Notes under the pieces: generated by a model
Database searches by the model: none
Told to the model about the DNA's origin: nothing
Seen by the model: the letters and a program-made list of their open reading frames with translations, nothing else
Source: an uncultured bacterium
GTDB lineage: Bacteria; UBA8481
Reading direction: 5' to 3'
DNA length: 64,000 bases
NCBI GenBank assembly: GCA_964499705.1
Contig: CAZCME010000008.1
Location: 62,001 to 126,000 of the forward strand
Made by a program: the position numbers and the translations under genes
In this document: piece by piece, positions 39,029-49,009 of the stretch
How the letters are laid out: every line of letters starts with the position of its first letter
How positions within the stretch are numbered: position 1 is the stretch's first letter

Positions 39029-39795
39029 GCAATCGGCAGGACGCCGATTCAAGCGGGCATCGGGCGGGTCCGTGGTGGTGGATCCGCCACCTGAAGTCCA
39101 CCGACTCCACGCAGGACCAGATTTTCCGGATGACGAAGGCCCTCATCCAGCCTCCCGGCGGAACCGTCGTCGTCGCGGACAAGCAGACGAAGGGGCGCGG
39201 ACGCGAAGGTCGCTCCTGGCTCTCCCCTGTCGGTGGTTTGTACTGCTCCGTCCTGCTTCGGGACGAGGATCTCCTCGCGCGAGCGGGACAGGATCGCGCG
39301 CGTGCCGACAGGCTCGCCGCGACGCTGCCCCTCGTCGCAGGCCTGGCGGTGGCGGATGTCGTGGAGTCGTTTGGAGCCAAGGCGGAGATCAAGTGGCCGA
39401 ACGACGTGATGATCCTGGAACGCAAGCTCGCCGGGATCCTGTGCGAGCGCAAGACCGATGCGAAGGGCGAGACATTCACCGCCGTCGGCATCGGGATGAA
39501 CCTGGTGAAATCCCCCCTGGAAACCGCCGCCTACCTCGAGGAAATCGTCCCCGCGCTGCAGCGCCCGATCACCAGGGATAACATTCTCCGCCGCTTCCTC
39601 GATTCCTTCGCGGCGCGACTCGATCGCTCGGACACGGCGGCGGAAGTGGACAAGCGACTGTACGGCCGAGGGCGAACGGCCAGGCACGAGGAGAAGAAAG
39701 TCGTCATCAGGGGCGTTTCACCCCAGGGCGCACTCCTCGTTAATACGGAACAAGGTGTAACCGAGATCATATCCGGCGAGATCATCATCGATTAG
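39025..39795 (+). CDS. birA: Biotin--protein ligase (no N-terminal HTH)
   Basis: STDSTQ, QTKGRGREGRSW, KWPND, KLAGIL, GIGMN. Confidence 0.9.
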   Translation: MSNRQDADSSGHRAGPWWWIRHLKSTDSTQDQIFRMTKALIQPPGGTVVVADKQTKGRGREGRSWLSPVGGLYCSVLLRDEDLLARAGQDRARADRLAATLPLVAGLAVADVVESFGAKAEIKWPNDVMILERKLAGILCERKTDAKGETFTAVGIGMNLVKSPLETAAYLEEIVPALQRPITRDNILRRFLDSFAARLDRSDTAAEVDKRLYGRGRTARHEEKKVVIRGVSPQGALLVNTEQGVTEIISGEIIID

Positions 39796-39807
39796 AAAGA
39801 GGTTTCC

Positions 39808-41658
39808 ATGAGCGTGAAGACGACGATGCAGGAATCGATGGAAGTCGCGGAAGCGGCACGTGAAACGGAATGGACTCACCCGAGTTTCGCGGCGGGAATC
39901 TTCGACGGCTCCATCGATCTCGGATTGATCCTCCCCTACCCCGAGCAGAAATCCGAGGATGAAGCGGCGGGCCGCGAGTTCATGGACAAGCTCGCGAAAT
40001 TTCTGAAGGAAAACGTCGACGGCGAGCAGAACGACATCGACGGAAAGATTCCTCCCGTGGTTCTCGACGGCCTGAAGAAGCTCGGCTGCTTCGGGATGAA
40101 GATCCCGAAGGAATACGGAGGCCTCGCTCTATCGCAGGTGAACTACAACCGCGCGATGGCGATGGTCGCGAGCTCCTGCGCCTCGACCGCCGTCTGGCTC
40201 TCCGCGCACCAGTCGATCGGCGTGCCGCAGCCCCTGAAGATCTTCGGAACTCCGGAACAGAAGAAGAAGTTCCTGCCGCGCCTGGCCGCGGGCGCCGTCT
40301 CCGCGTTCGCACTGACGGAGCCGGACGTCGGATCGGATCCGGCGCGGATGAAGACGACAGCCGTGCCGACGGAGGATGGCAAGAGCTTCATCATCAACGG
40401 CGAGAAGCTCTGGTGCACGAACGGTCCGGACGCGGAGATCATCGTCGTGATGGCGAAGACGCCGCCCCGCGTCGAAGGCGGCAAGGAGCGGCAGCAGATC
40501 ACCGCCTTCATCGTCGAAACGGGCCTGCCCGGCAAGTGCGCGCCTGGATTCGAGGTGGCGCATCGATGCGAGTTCATGGGAATCCGCGCCATCTCGAACG
40601 GCCTGCTGAAATTCAAGAACCTCGTCGTCCCCCGGGAAAACATCCTCTGGGGCGAAGGTAAGGGATTGAAGCTGGCGCTCGTCACGCTGAACACGGGTCG
40701 CCTGACGCTTCCCGCGGCCTGCGGCGGCGCGGTGAAGCAAGCTCTCTACTACGCGCGCAAGTGGGCGGCGAAGCGGGAGCAGTGGGGCGGGCCGGTCGGA
40801 GGACACGACGCGGTCGCCGGCATGCTCTCGTCGATGGCCGCGCGGCTCTTCGCAATGGAAGCCGTCACGTATTTCGCCTCGGCCCTGGCGGACCGGGGTG
40901 ACGCCGACATCCGGCTTGAAGCGGCGATGGCGAAGATGTTCGCTACGGAGCAGGCTTGGAAGATCGCCGACGACGCGCTGCAGATCCGCGGCGGCCGCGG
41001 ATACGAGACAAGCCGATCGCTCAAGGGACGCGGCGAAGAGGGCTGGCCCGTCGAGCGCATCCTCCGCGATCTCCGGATCAACCGGATCATCGAAGGCTCC
41101 ACGGAGATCATGCATCTCTTCATCGCCCGCGAGGCGCTCGATCCTCACATGAAGGCCGCGGGCGCGCTCACGAAACCGAAGAGCCCCACGGGCGACAAGG
41201 TGAAATCCTTCTTCGGCGCCGGCCTGCATTACGCCGCGTGGTTGCCCGCGCGTTTCGTATCCCCCGCGCTGGCGCAGATCTCCTCGCTTCCGGAGGAGCT
41301 CCGCGAGGACGCGATCTGGTTCGCCGACGCCTCTCGCCTGCTATCGCGTCGCATCTTCTACGCGCTGGTCAAGAACGGCCCCGCCCTGGAGAAGCGCCAG
41401 AGAATTCTCTTCCGCTTCGTCGACATCGGCACGTGGCTCTTCGCGATGATCGCCGCCATCTCCAGCGCCGCCTCGATGGCCTCCCGGGGCAACAAGGGCG
41501 GCATCGCCCTGGCCGTTAATTTCAGCGCCCAGGCGAAACGCGAAATCGCGCGGATCTACGCGGAAGCCGACGACAACACGGACCGGAGCGACCGGGAGAT
41601 CGCCCGAAGCATGCTGAAGGACGAATATGCGTGGCTCGAAGAGGGAATCGTTCTGTAA
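39808..41658 (+). CDS. Acyl-CoA dehydrogenase (FadE10/VLCAD-like)
   Basis: AFALTEPDVGSD, NGEKLWCTNG, LQIRGGRGY, RIIEG; GAGGT SD. Confidence 0.92.
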   Translation: MSVKTTMQESMEVAEAARETEWTHPSFAAGIFDGSIDLGLILPYPEQKSEDEAAGREFMDKLAKFLKENVDGEQNDIDGKIPPVVLDGLKKLGCFGMKIPKEYGGLALSQVNYNRAMAMVASSCASTAVWLSAHQSIGVPQPLKIFGTPEQKKKFLPRLAAGAVSAFALTEPDVGSDPARMKTTAVPTEDGKSFIINGEKLWCTNGPDAEIIVVMAKTPPRVEGGKERQQITAFIVETGLPGKCAPGFEVAHRCEFMGIRAISNGLLKFKNLVVPRENILWGEGKGLKLALVTLNTGRLTLPAACGGAVKQALYYARKWAAKREQWGGPVGGHDAVAGMLSSMAARLFAMEAVTYFASALADRGDADIRLEAAMAKMFATEQAWKIADDALQIRGGRGYETSRSLKGRGEEGWPVERILRDLRINRIIEGSTEIMHLFIAREALDPHMKAAGALTKPKSPTGDKVKSFFGAGLHYAAWLPARFVSPALAQISSLPEELREDAIWFADASRLLSRRIFYALVKNGPALEKRQRILFRFVDIGTWLFAMIAAISSAASMASRGNKGGIALAVNFSAQAKREIARIYAEADDNTDRSDREIARSMLKDEYAWLEEGIVL

Positions 41659-41676
41659 GGACGATCCAGAATAATA

Positions 41677-41704
41677 TTTCATCCTTCAGACTTCATCCTT
41701 CATC
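41677..41704. repeat. Heptamer tandem array (CTTCATC-like)x4
   Basis: TTTCATC CTTCAGA CTTCATC CTTCATC; same family as 36297-36324. Confidence 0.75.
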
Positions 41705-41726
41705 TTTTTCTTGATACCATGCTCCC

Positions 41727-43058
41727 ATGCCACGATTCCTGCCGTTCAACGCGCTTGTCTGTCATCCCGCCAAGAATGAAGAAACCTCCGACCTGATCAC
41801 GCCACAGTTCGACGAGCTCCAGATGCGAAAGCGCCAGGAGCTGGCCGCGCGAAGCCGTTACAATTTCGTGCGCTTCGAAAGCGCGCGTGATCTGCCCGGC
41901 GAACATCCGGGAGAAGATCGCCACGAGCGGGCCGCCACGTCCCTGGCGGAAGCGCGCGAGACGGGACGGATCAAGAAGCAGGAGCCGGGATATTACTTCA
42001 TGGAGATCACTTCCGGCGGCCAGTGCATGAGCGGTTTCGTCGGCATGTTCGAGCTCCTGGAACACGCGAAGCCGGCCTCCTTCGAATCGAACGCGCCGGA
42101 CGCGGTCGCGGATCGCACGCGCCAGCTCGGTTCCCTCGGCATCCAGACCGCGCCGGTCACGCTCGGATACCGCACCACCGCGAGCGGAGCGCATCAACTG
42201 GAGAGCATCGCGCAGCGCGTGATGCGCCATAAGCCTCTGCTTGCCTTCACGGCCGGCGACGTCCGGTACAAGCTCTGGCGCATCGACCGCGACGCCTACC
42301 AGCTCGAACCGCTCCTCGCCAAGCGCAGCACGATCATCCTCGACGGCACCGCGCGCTACGCCGCGGCGGCCGATCATGCCGCGGCCGCCCGGAAGGCGGA
42401 TCGCGCGCCCTCCCCCTTCCGCGCCTATAACTTCGTCCTCGCGTGGATGATCGATCTCGATCGCAATCCCGTGGAGTTCCAGCCGCGGCACCGGGCCGTT
42501 CTTGCCGGCACCATTCCGCACATCGACGGCTCCAAGCTCCTTACCAAGCTGGAGGATTACTTCGAGATCGAACGCTACAAGCTGACATCGCCGGGTTCGA
42601 AGGAAGCCGAGCTCGTCAATCTCCTCGATGAGATGGACTGCATCGGAAAGCTGAATCACAGCTACGGGCTCTATATCGGGGACAAGGCGTATTATCTCCT
42701 GTATCTCCGCGATGCCGACTCGTACGAACGGCTCACGAAGGTCCAGCATTCGCGACGCTGGAAGCGGCTGGACATTTCCGTTCTGCATTCCATCGTCTTC
42801 GACGGCATTCTCGAAACCGACGCGGCGGCCGACAAGGTGAGCGCGCCTCTCTCCGCTCCCCAGGCCGTCTCTCTCGTCGATGACGGATTCGCCGACGCAT
42901 CTTTTCTCCTGAACCGTCCCGTCACGGATCACCTCATCGATATCGCGGAAGCCTCCGAGCCGATTCCGCCCGCCTCGGTCCTTCTCTCGCGCCGCCCGCT
43001 CGTCGGGCCGCTGATGGCGGAGATCGGCAACGGCGAATACGTGGGCGAAGACGCGTGA
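41727..43058 (+). CDS. DUF1015-like protein (divergent)
   Basis: N-terminal PF..L, YNFVR, IILDG, PRHR, LDISVLH resemble DUF1015. Confidence 0.6.
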   Translation: MPRFLPFNALVCHPAKNEETSDLITPQFDELQMRKRQELAARSRYNFVRFESARDLPGEHPGEDRHERAATSLAEARETGRIKKQEPGYYFMEITSGGQCMSGFVGMFELLEHAKPASFESNAPDAVADRTRQLGSLGIQTAPVTLGYRTTASGAHQLESIAQRVMRHKPLLAFTAGDVRYKLWRIDRDAYQLEPLLAKRSTIILDGTARYAAAADHAAAARKADRAPSPFRAYNFVLAWMIDLDRNPVEFQPRHRAVLAGTIPHIDGSKLLTKLEDYFEIERYKLTSPGSKEAELVNLLDEMDCIGKLNHSYGLYIGDKAYYLLYLRDADSYERLTKVQHSRRWKRLDISVLHSIVFDGILETDAAADKVSAPLSAPQAVSLVDDGFADASFLLNRPVTDHLIDIAEASEPIPPASVLLSRRPLVGPLMAEIGNGEYVGEDA

Positions 43059-43059
43059 T

Positions 43060-44100
43060 ATGTTCACCGTTCCCGTACGAATCTCCGGAGGCCGCTCCTA
43101 CGAGGTCCTGATCGGCCGCGGCATCGACCTTGCTCCGCATCTTCCTCCCCGCATCCTTCTCTGCGCCCACGACGCCCGTGTTGCTCCTCCGCGCATCCGC
43201 GGCGCGCGCTACCTGCGGCTTCCGGCCGGAGAAAGCTCCAAGACATTCGCGGTCTATCGCCGCGTCATCGATGAACTGATCGCGATGGACGACGGTCGGC
43301 CGCTGGCGCTTCTGGCCTGCGGCGGAGGTGCCGTCGGAGACCTGGCCGGGTTCGCCGCTTCGACGTACCGGCGCGGGATTCCCTTCATGCAGATTCCGAC
43401 GACGCTCCTGGCGATGGTCGACGCATCCGTCGGAGGCAAGACCGCGATCAATCATCCCCGCGCGAAGAACATGGTCGGCACGTTCCACCAGCCGGTGAAG
43501 GTTGTCGCCGATCTCGACAGGTTGCGCACGCTCCCCCCTCGGCAGTATCGATCCGGCCTCGCGGAAGTCGTGAAGCACGGGCTCATCGGAGACGCGAAGC
43601 TCTTCGAGGCCGTGGAATCCGATCCGTCCTCGTTTCTCTCGTGGGACGCCTCAGGGGTGGCGCTCGCCGTCATCCGTTCCGTGCGACTGAAAGCCGACGT
43701 GGTCCGCCGCGACGAAAGGGAAACGCAGGGCGTTCGCGAATGCCTGAACCTCGGGCATACGCTCGGACATGCCCTGGAGGCCTATCACGGCTACAGGAAG
43801 CTCCTGCACGGCGAGGCGGTCTCGATCGGCATCGCGGCGGCGGCGCGCGTTTCCATGCACCTGCTGGGTTACGACGAAACCGCCCGCGTCGATCACGTCC
43901 TCTCGAACCTGAAACTCCCCGTCCGCCTGAAAGGCGAGAGCGCGTCGAAGCTCATCGCGCTCACCAAGCTCGACAAGAAGCGGCGCGAAGGAAAGCTCCG
44001 GATGACCCTCCTGGAGGAAACGGGACGGTACAAGATCGTCGACGCGGTCGATGAGAAACTTCTCCGGGAAGCGGCGCGGGCCATCGGAGCATCGCGGTGA
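43060..44100 (+). CDS. aroB: 3-dehydroquinate synthase
   Basis: GGGAVGDLAGF, PTTLLAMVDASVGGKT, KNMVGTF, LNLGHTLGHALE, HGEAV, DKK. Confidence 0.95.
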   Translation: MFTVPVRISGGRSYEVLIGRGIDLAPHLPPRILLCAHDARVAPPRIRGARYLRLPAGESSKTFAVYRRVIDELIAMDDGRPLALLACGGGAVGDLAGFAASTYRRGIPFMQIPTTLLAMVDASVGGKTAINHPRAKNMVGTFHQPVKVVADLDRLRTLPPRQYRSGLAEVVKHGLIGDAKLFEAVESDPSSFLSWDASGVALAVIRSVRLKADVVRRDERETQGVRECLNLGHTLGHALEAYHGYRKLLHGEAVSIGIAAAARVSMHLLGYDETARVDHVLSNLKLPVRLKGESASKLIALTKLDKKRREGKLRMTLLEETGRYKIVDAVDEKLLREAARAIGASR

Positions 44101-44270
44101 CGCTGGGCCTGGCCGCGGCCGGGATCATTCTTCTGCTGATCGGCGCGGTCGTGTTGAAGCTCTTCTTCTGGACGATCTCGAAAACGATCAAGATGGCCTT
44201 CTACGGCTTGGTACTGCTCTCCGTTGTAGGCGCGGGCGTTGCGGTCTGGTGGGTCTATTTTGCCCGCTGA
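44097..44270 (+). CDS. Small two-TM protein (57 aa)
   Basis: GTGA overlap with aroB; MTLGLAAAGIILLLIGAVVLKLFF..VWWVYFAR; fills the operon gap; below track cutoff. Confidence 0.65.
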   Translation: MTLGLAAAGIILLLIGAVVLKLFFWTISKTIKMAFYGLVLLSVVGAGVAVWWVYFAR

Positions 44271-44937
44271 ATTCGCGCTCTGCCTTCTTCTCCTCTCCGC
44301 CGCGCCGCGGGCGGCGGACCCACGGGTTGCAGACCCTCGGGTCGCAGACCCCCTGGCCACGCTGGACAGCGCGCGCGCTTCGCTCCGGTCGCTCACTTTC
44401 GACGGCGTGATCGAGACACCCAAGGCCGGAGGAAGAAGCGGGCGATTTTCCATGGCATTCGCGTTCGCGGCTCCCGACAAATACCGCTGCGAGATCAGGA
44501 TGGGAGTCGAAGGCACGATCACGACGATCGCGGACGGCACCTCCATCTGGTCGATCCACTCGCGCACGAAGAAGATCCATCGCCAGGACCAGAAGATCTC
44601 CGTCGCGCGCATGAAAACGCTCGGGCCCATCGATCCTGTCGTATCGATCGCGCTTCCCGCGATTCCGCTGTCATCCCTCTTCCGCCTGGAATCCTCGCGC
44701 GAGTCAGGAGGCGTGACGATCCTCGATCTGCGCCCCCGCAAATCCGTTCCCAATTATGATCAGATCCTTTTGTCGACAAGCAAGGATGGAAGGATTCCCC
44801 TGTCCGCGGAAACATTCCATCGGGGAAAGCGCGTCGCTCGCATCACCTTCTCGTCATTCCGCCGGAACGCGGCCGTCGACGCGAGCCGCTTTCGCTATAC
44901 GCCGCCGGCGAATTCTGAGATCATTCCGCTGCGATGA
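44260..44937 (+). CDS. LolA-like outer membrane lipoprotein carrier
   Basis: Signal peptide; PDKYR, IADGTSIW, F.YTPP C-terminus; start uncertain. Confidence 0.7.
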   Translation: MPAEFALCLLLLSAAPRAADPRVADPRVADPLATLDSARASLRSLTFDGVIETPKAGGRSGRFSMAFAFAAPDKYRCEIRMGVEGTITTIADGTSIWSIHSRTKKIHRQDQKISVARMKTLGPIDPVVSIALPAIPLSSLFRLESSRESGGVTILDLRPRKSVPNYDQILLSTSKDGRIPLSAETFHRGKRVARITFSSFRRNAAVDASRFRYTPPANSEIIPLR

Positions 44938-45434
44938 ATTCCAATCCTCCTTCCATCCGTAATTTTTTTGCTCGCCTGTTTCTGTTGTCGATCCTGCTCT
45001 TCCCCTGCGCCTGCGGAGAAGCGCCGCCGCCAGCGCCGGAAACCGATCCCGGCGTCAACGTCACCCTGTCCTGGAAAAACGCCGGCGATCTCGACCTCCT
45101 CATCGACGGCACCTCCGCGCACCGCATCCCCGGAGGCTCCCCCAACATGACGAGTGGCGGAGGCTCCGAGGTCTTCGTCCTCTCCAAGTCGGGCAACAAG
45201 GACAGCGTGATCGTCGGCGTCGTCAACCGGTCCGGGGAGCCTGGCGGAAGCGGCGACACGAACATCCTCGCGAACCTGACGATCACAGACCGTTCCGGCC
45301 GATCGGAGTCATTGACGCACACGATGGTCCACGACCGCTGGGATGCCTTCGTCATCTTCCCGAAATTCGGAACGTTCGCGGCCTATGAATCCGGGAACGC
45401 TAGCGAATCCGATACGTCGCTCCCTCCGCGATAA
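44934..45434 (+). CDS. Hypothetical lipoprotein
   Basis: Hydrophobic leader ending CAC; VTLSW..DLDL motif; ATGA overlap. Confidence 0.6.
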   Translation: MNSNPPSIRNFFARLFLLSILLFPCACGEAPPPAPETDPGVNVTLSWKNAGDLDLLIDGTSAHRIPGGSPNMTSGGGSEVFVLSKSGNKDSVIVGVVNRSGEPGGSGDTNILANLTITDRSGRSESLTHTMVHDRWDAFVIFPKFGTFAAYESGNASESDTSLPPR

Positions 45435-45441
45435 GACCCGC

Positions 45442-45903
45442 ATGAAACTCGCCACGCTCTGTTACGTCCAGCACGCGGGACAAACGCTGATGCTGCACCG
45501 CGTCAAGAAAGCCGACGACGTCCACGAAGGAAAATGGAACGGGCTCGGCGGAAAATTCGAGCCGGGCGAAACTCCCGAAGCCTGTGTCATTCGGGAGATC
45601 AAGGAAGAGAGCGGGCTCCTCATACGCAACCCGGAGCTCCGCGGCATCCTCACGTTTCCCGGCTTCGCCAAGGACGAGGATTGGTACGTCTTTGTCTTCA
45701 CCGCGAGCGATTTCACCGGCGAACTGATCGAATCGGTGGAGGGAAAGCTCGAATGGATCGACGACTCCCGCCTCACCGGATTGAATCTCTGGGAGGGCGA
45801 CCTCCATTTCCTGAAATGGATCGAGGAGGACAAGTTCTTCTCCGCAAGCTTCACCTACAAGGACGGCCGCCTCGTCGACTGGAGCGTCTCGCACCACAGA
45901 TAA
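45442..45903 (+). CDS. Nudix hydrolase (8-oxo-dGTP diphosphatase, MutX/MTH1-like)
   Basis: WNGLGGKFEPGETPEACVIREIKEESGL Nudix box; LWEGD. Confidence 0.9.
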   Translation: MKLATLCYVQHAGQTLMLHRVKKADDVHEGKWNGLGGKFEPGETPEACVIREIKEESGLLIRNPELRGILTFPGFAKDEDWYVFVFTASDFTGELIESVEGKLEWIDDSRLTGLNLWEGDLHFLKWIEEDKFFSASFTYKDGRLVDWSVSHHR

Positions 45904-45970
45904 TACGGGGACAGTATACTATTTTCCGTGAAGAATTTCACGGAAAATAGTATACTGTCCCCGTATTATC
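45899..45970. repeat. 72-bp perfect palindromic element, copy 2 (opposite orientation)
   Basis: 34-bp arms with loop GAAT (reverse complement of the copy 1 loop). Confidence 0.95.
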
Positions 45971-47102
45971 CCACTTCAAGAAGCCTGTTCTTCCAGGAAT
46001 AACGCTCCGCAAGGCCCAGTTGCGCTTCTCGCGATATCGGGTGCGCTCCACGGATGACCGCCTCGCAGGCCGCGTCGTATTCTTCGTAGGAATGCGCGAA
46101 GACAAGGGCTTCAGCCAGATACGATAATTCCGGCAGGTCGGTGGAGACAATCGGCACACCCGTCGCGAGGTATTCGAAGATCTTGATCGGCTGGAGATCG
46201 CGCGTCCACTCGTTCACCTTCCAGAGCATGAGGCAGAGATCGAAGCCCTTCTCGTAGAGAGGCACATCCGCGATGGGCTTGGGACCGAGATAGTGGACAT
46301 TGCGGCGCGTCTTCAGGCGACGCCATCGTTCCATGTCCAGGTCGTGCGGATATTCCGCTCCCACGAAGACAAGGTGCCAGTCCGGATGACCACGGCTCAG
46401 GCGGTCGATAAGCTCCAGGTCCGTCTTGCCGGCGATGGAACCCATGTGGCCGAGGCGGGGATGCGGAATCGAAGCGAGGTCCGGAGGTTCTGGAGCCACG
46501 CGGTCGAACGCCGCGCGGATCCGCTCGAAGTCGCAACCGTTCGGCCAGTATCGCGTCCGCGCCTGGATGCGGGAATGCGATTCATGCACGGAGCGACTGT
46601 AGGCGAGGCAGGTCGAGACATTCCTCAGCGTGTCCGCTTCCTCCTCCAGGATGATCCGCTTCTTCCGTCCCGTGCTCTGCGCCGCGAACCGATCGATGCA
46701 ATGGTACACGGAACGCTCCTCGCCTAACGAACCGGGAAGCAGATGGCTGTTGGGCGGATAGATCCAGAGGATGGGGTTCACGGGAGAGAATGGCGCGAGC
46801 CGAGCTCGCAGCCACGCGATAAGCCTCCTCTGCGAAACCGCGTCGGCCGCGCGGCTGTAGTACCGTCCCGGCGCCATGAGCGGAGGACGGAGCAGGGTGA
46901 CGCCTCCCGCCTCACGCGCCGCGGGAACGGTCCAGCGTTTGCGGAGATGGGGATATTTCAGCAGATGCTCGGGCCCGACCTGCTTTTCGACGTAGAAGAC
47001 GCGGTTCGACTTCGCAAGCTCCGTCATGATCTGCTGCCTGGAACCCCAGACCTCGTCCCAGTCGGTCGTGGAGATGCAGAGGATGTCGCGGTTCGAGAGC
47101 AT
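45966..47102 (-). CDS. GT-B glycosyltransferase (TuaH/GT4-like)
   Basis: YHCID, PNGCD, PIKIFEYLATGVPIVST. Confidence 0.85.
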   Translation of the reverse strand: MLSNRDILCISTTDWDEVWGSRQQIMTELAKSNRVFYVEKQVGPEHLLKYPHLRKRWTVPAAREAGGVTLLRPPLMAPGRYYSRAADAVSQRRLIAWLRARLAPFSPVNPILWIYPPNSHLLPGSLGEERSVYHCIDRFAAQSTGRKKRIILEEEADTLRNVSTCLAYSRSVHESHSRIQARTRYWPNGCDFERIRAAFDRVAPEPPDLASIPHPRLGHMGSIAGKTDLELIDRLSRGHPDWHLVFVGAEYPHDLDMERWRRLKTRRNVHYLGPKPIADVPLYEKGFDLCLMLWKVNEWTRDLQPIKIFEYLATGVPIVSTDLPELSYLAEALVFAHSYEEYDAACEAVIRGAHPISREAQLGLAERYSWKNRLLEVG

Positions 47103-47221
47103 ATGATGTCATATTCATCGCTCCAAAGTCATTCTTCAATCGTTATTCACGCCCGGAGAAATAGATTACAGGCACCCAGCAGTGAGATTTACGAGCGGAA
47201 AACCTGACGATCACGTCAAGG

Positions 47222-49009
47222 TCAAGGAGCGATTTCACCACGTGCCGCGGGACGGAGTTCCACAGACGCAAGCGTCGCGACAGCGGCATGGGGGCGAGTC
47301 AGTTGGATGGATACGAAGGCGAGGATGACAAAGCCAATGATCGCCGCGGTCACTGAGGCGAACCGAATCGACCGGGATTCCCAACCGTTGCGGGCGATGA
47401 GCGGACTGGCGACGAGCGCGATCCCCGGAGCAAAGAGCCAGAGATTGCCCGAGGAAAAGGCGAGGGCGAAGAAGACCAAGCCAGCCGCAAATTCGGCGGC
47501 GGGCCACCATGATCGGGAAGTTCGCGTGCCCGCGTCGTTCGTGTTTCGAAAATCCGCGCGGCGCGTCGTCATGTAGGCGAAGACCGATCGAGCGTCGGCA
47601 AGCATCGTCGCGAGGAAGAGAAACTGCGATGCGACGACGTGCCGCATGAACCGGACCGGATGCCCGCGGAGCGCGATTCCGGCAGGAATCAGCGGAACGA
47701 CAATCGTCACCATCATGGCAAGAAAGAAATCCCAAGACCAGAAGATGTGGTAACGCGTCTGTAGAAGTAATTCAAGGGGCGGCTTGGAACCTGGAACGGG
47801 AGGGAGAAAGAACGATCCCGTATAGCGGAAGTGATCGAAGCTTGCGGGAAGAAAAGCCCCGATCGCAACGATAAAGACGAGCATCGCGGTCGACAGATAG
47901 TGGCTCGAAGCATTGATCAGAAGATCGACCTTCTCGTGCCAAGGAACGCCGTGCGCGCGAAGAAACGCCGGGCCGTGCTTGAAAAGCGCCTCAGTCGTTC
48001 CTCTGATCCACTTGTCCGTTCGCGTCCGCAATCTTTGATAGTCGGCTGGAAAGTCCTCGTAACAGATGACGTCGTCCGCATACGAACCGCGCCATCCCTT
48101 CGCACGGGCAAGCGCGGAATACGCGAGATCCTCCGTCGCAATCTCAGGAAATCCACCTACGTCGCGCCACGTGGAGGTTCGCATCAGCGCGCCATGTCCG
48201 TAAAACATCAGGAAACCCGATTCAGCACGCGCCGTGACGTTATACCTGTAATGAACACCGATCCCGACTCCGAGATCACGAGCGAATTGCTCCGGTTGTT
48301 CCTCATTCTGTTCCTGGCGCGCCTGAATGAATGCCAGGGATGCGTCTTCCTCCATTCTTGGGAGAAGTTCCGCAATGAAATTCAACGGAAGAATCGTATC
48401 GGCATCGGCCACGACGAAATACGGATATTCCGCATGGATCTGACGGAGCGCGTTGTTGAGGTTGCCCGCTTTGAATCCGACACAATTATCCCTGCGAACG
48501 ATGGAGACCTTGGCGGGGTCCCGCCCTGCCCACCGATTGATCCGATCCCTGTATTCCGGGAGAGTGCCGTCGTCGAGGATGAAGAGATGATAATTCGAGT
48601 ATTGAAGCGAAAGGCAGGAGTCCGCGCATTCCTCGCGGAAATCGTTTCGCGTCGCGTAAAGAATCGCAACGCGCGGTGATCGTTCCATAGCGAGCGTTTC
48701 ACGTGCGGTTCGAACAGACGTGCCATATTGCCGAACTCTCACCGACCATATAATGGCGCATAGTTGGTAGACGGCGTGAAGCCAGAAGAAGTTGAGACAT
48801 GCGAGAAAGAGCCAGACTGCGGCGGCTGAAAAGAAGCTCGGAGCGTATGGAACAAGCGCGGCGATACGCGGATCGAAATAGAGAACCATTCCCGTCCAGG
48901 CGACAATAACGGAAGAAAGCATTCCATCGCGGTCTTGATCAAGTTCGCGCTCCACTGATTTCCCCGAGACCGTGGCATCCATCGGTCTCGCAACACCCAT
49001 GGAAATCAC
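47222..49009 (-). CDS. Multi-TM GT2 glycosyltransferase (cellulose-synthase-like)
   Basis: ILDD, FKAGNLN, DAD, TEDL, RTDKW (QxxRW-like); N- and C-terminal TMs; GTGA overlap with the C39 gene. Confidence 0.85.
   Translation of the reverse strand: MISMGVARPMDATVSGKSVERELDQDRDGMLSSVIVAWTGMVLYFDPRIAALVPYAPSFFSAAAVWLFLACLNFFWLHAVYQLCAIIWSVRVRQYGTSVRTARETLAMERSPRVAILYATRNDFREECADSCLSLQYSNYHLFILDDGTLPEYRDRINRWAGRDPAKVSIVRRDNCVGFKAGNLNNALRQIHAEYPYFVVADADTILPLNFIAELLPRMEEDASLAFIQARQEQNEEQPEQFARDLGVGIGVHYRYNVTARAESGFLMFYGHGALMRTSTWRDVGGFPEIATEDLAYSALARAKGWRGSYADDVICYEDFPADYQRLRTRTDKWIRGTTEALFKHGPAFLRAHGVPWHEKVDLLINASSHYLSTAMLVFIVAIGAFLPASFDHFRYTGSFFLPPVPGSKPPLELLLQTRYHIFWSWDFFLAMMVTIVVPLIPAGIALRGHPVRFMRHVVASQFLFLATMLADARSVFAYMTTRRADFRNTNDAGTRTSRSWWPAAEFAAGLVFFALAFSSGNLWLFAPGIALVASPLIARNGWESRSIRFASVTAAIIGFVILAFVSIQLTRPHAAVATLASVELRPAARGEIAP

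Noticed and set aside
44311-44352. ADPRV x3 15-nt repeat in the LolA-like gene
   Set aside because: Short linker duplication after the signal peptide; no further significance evident
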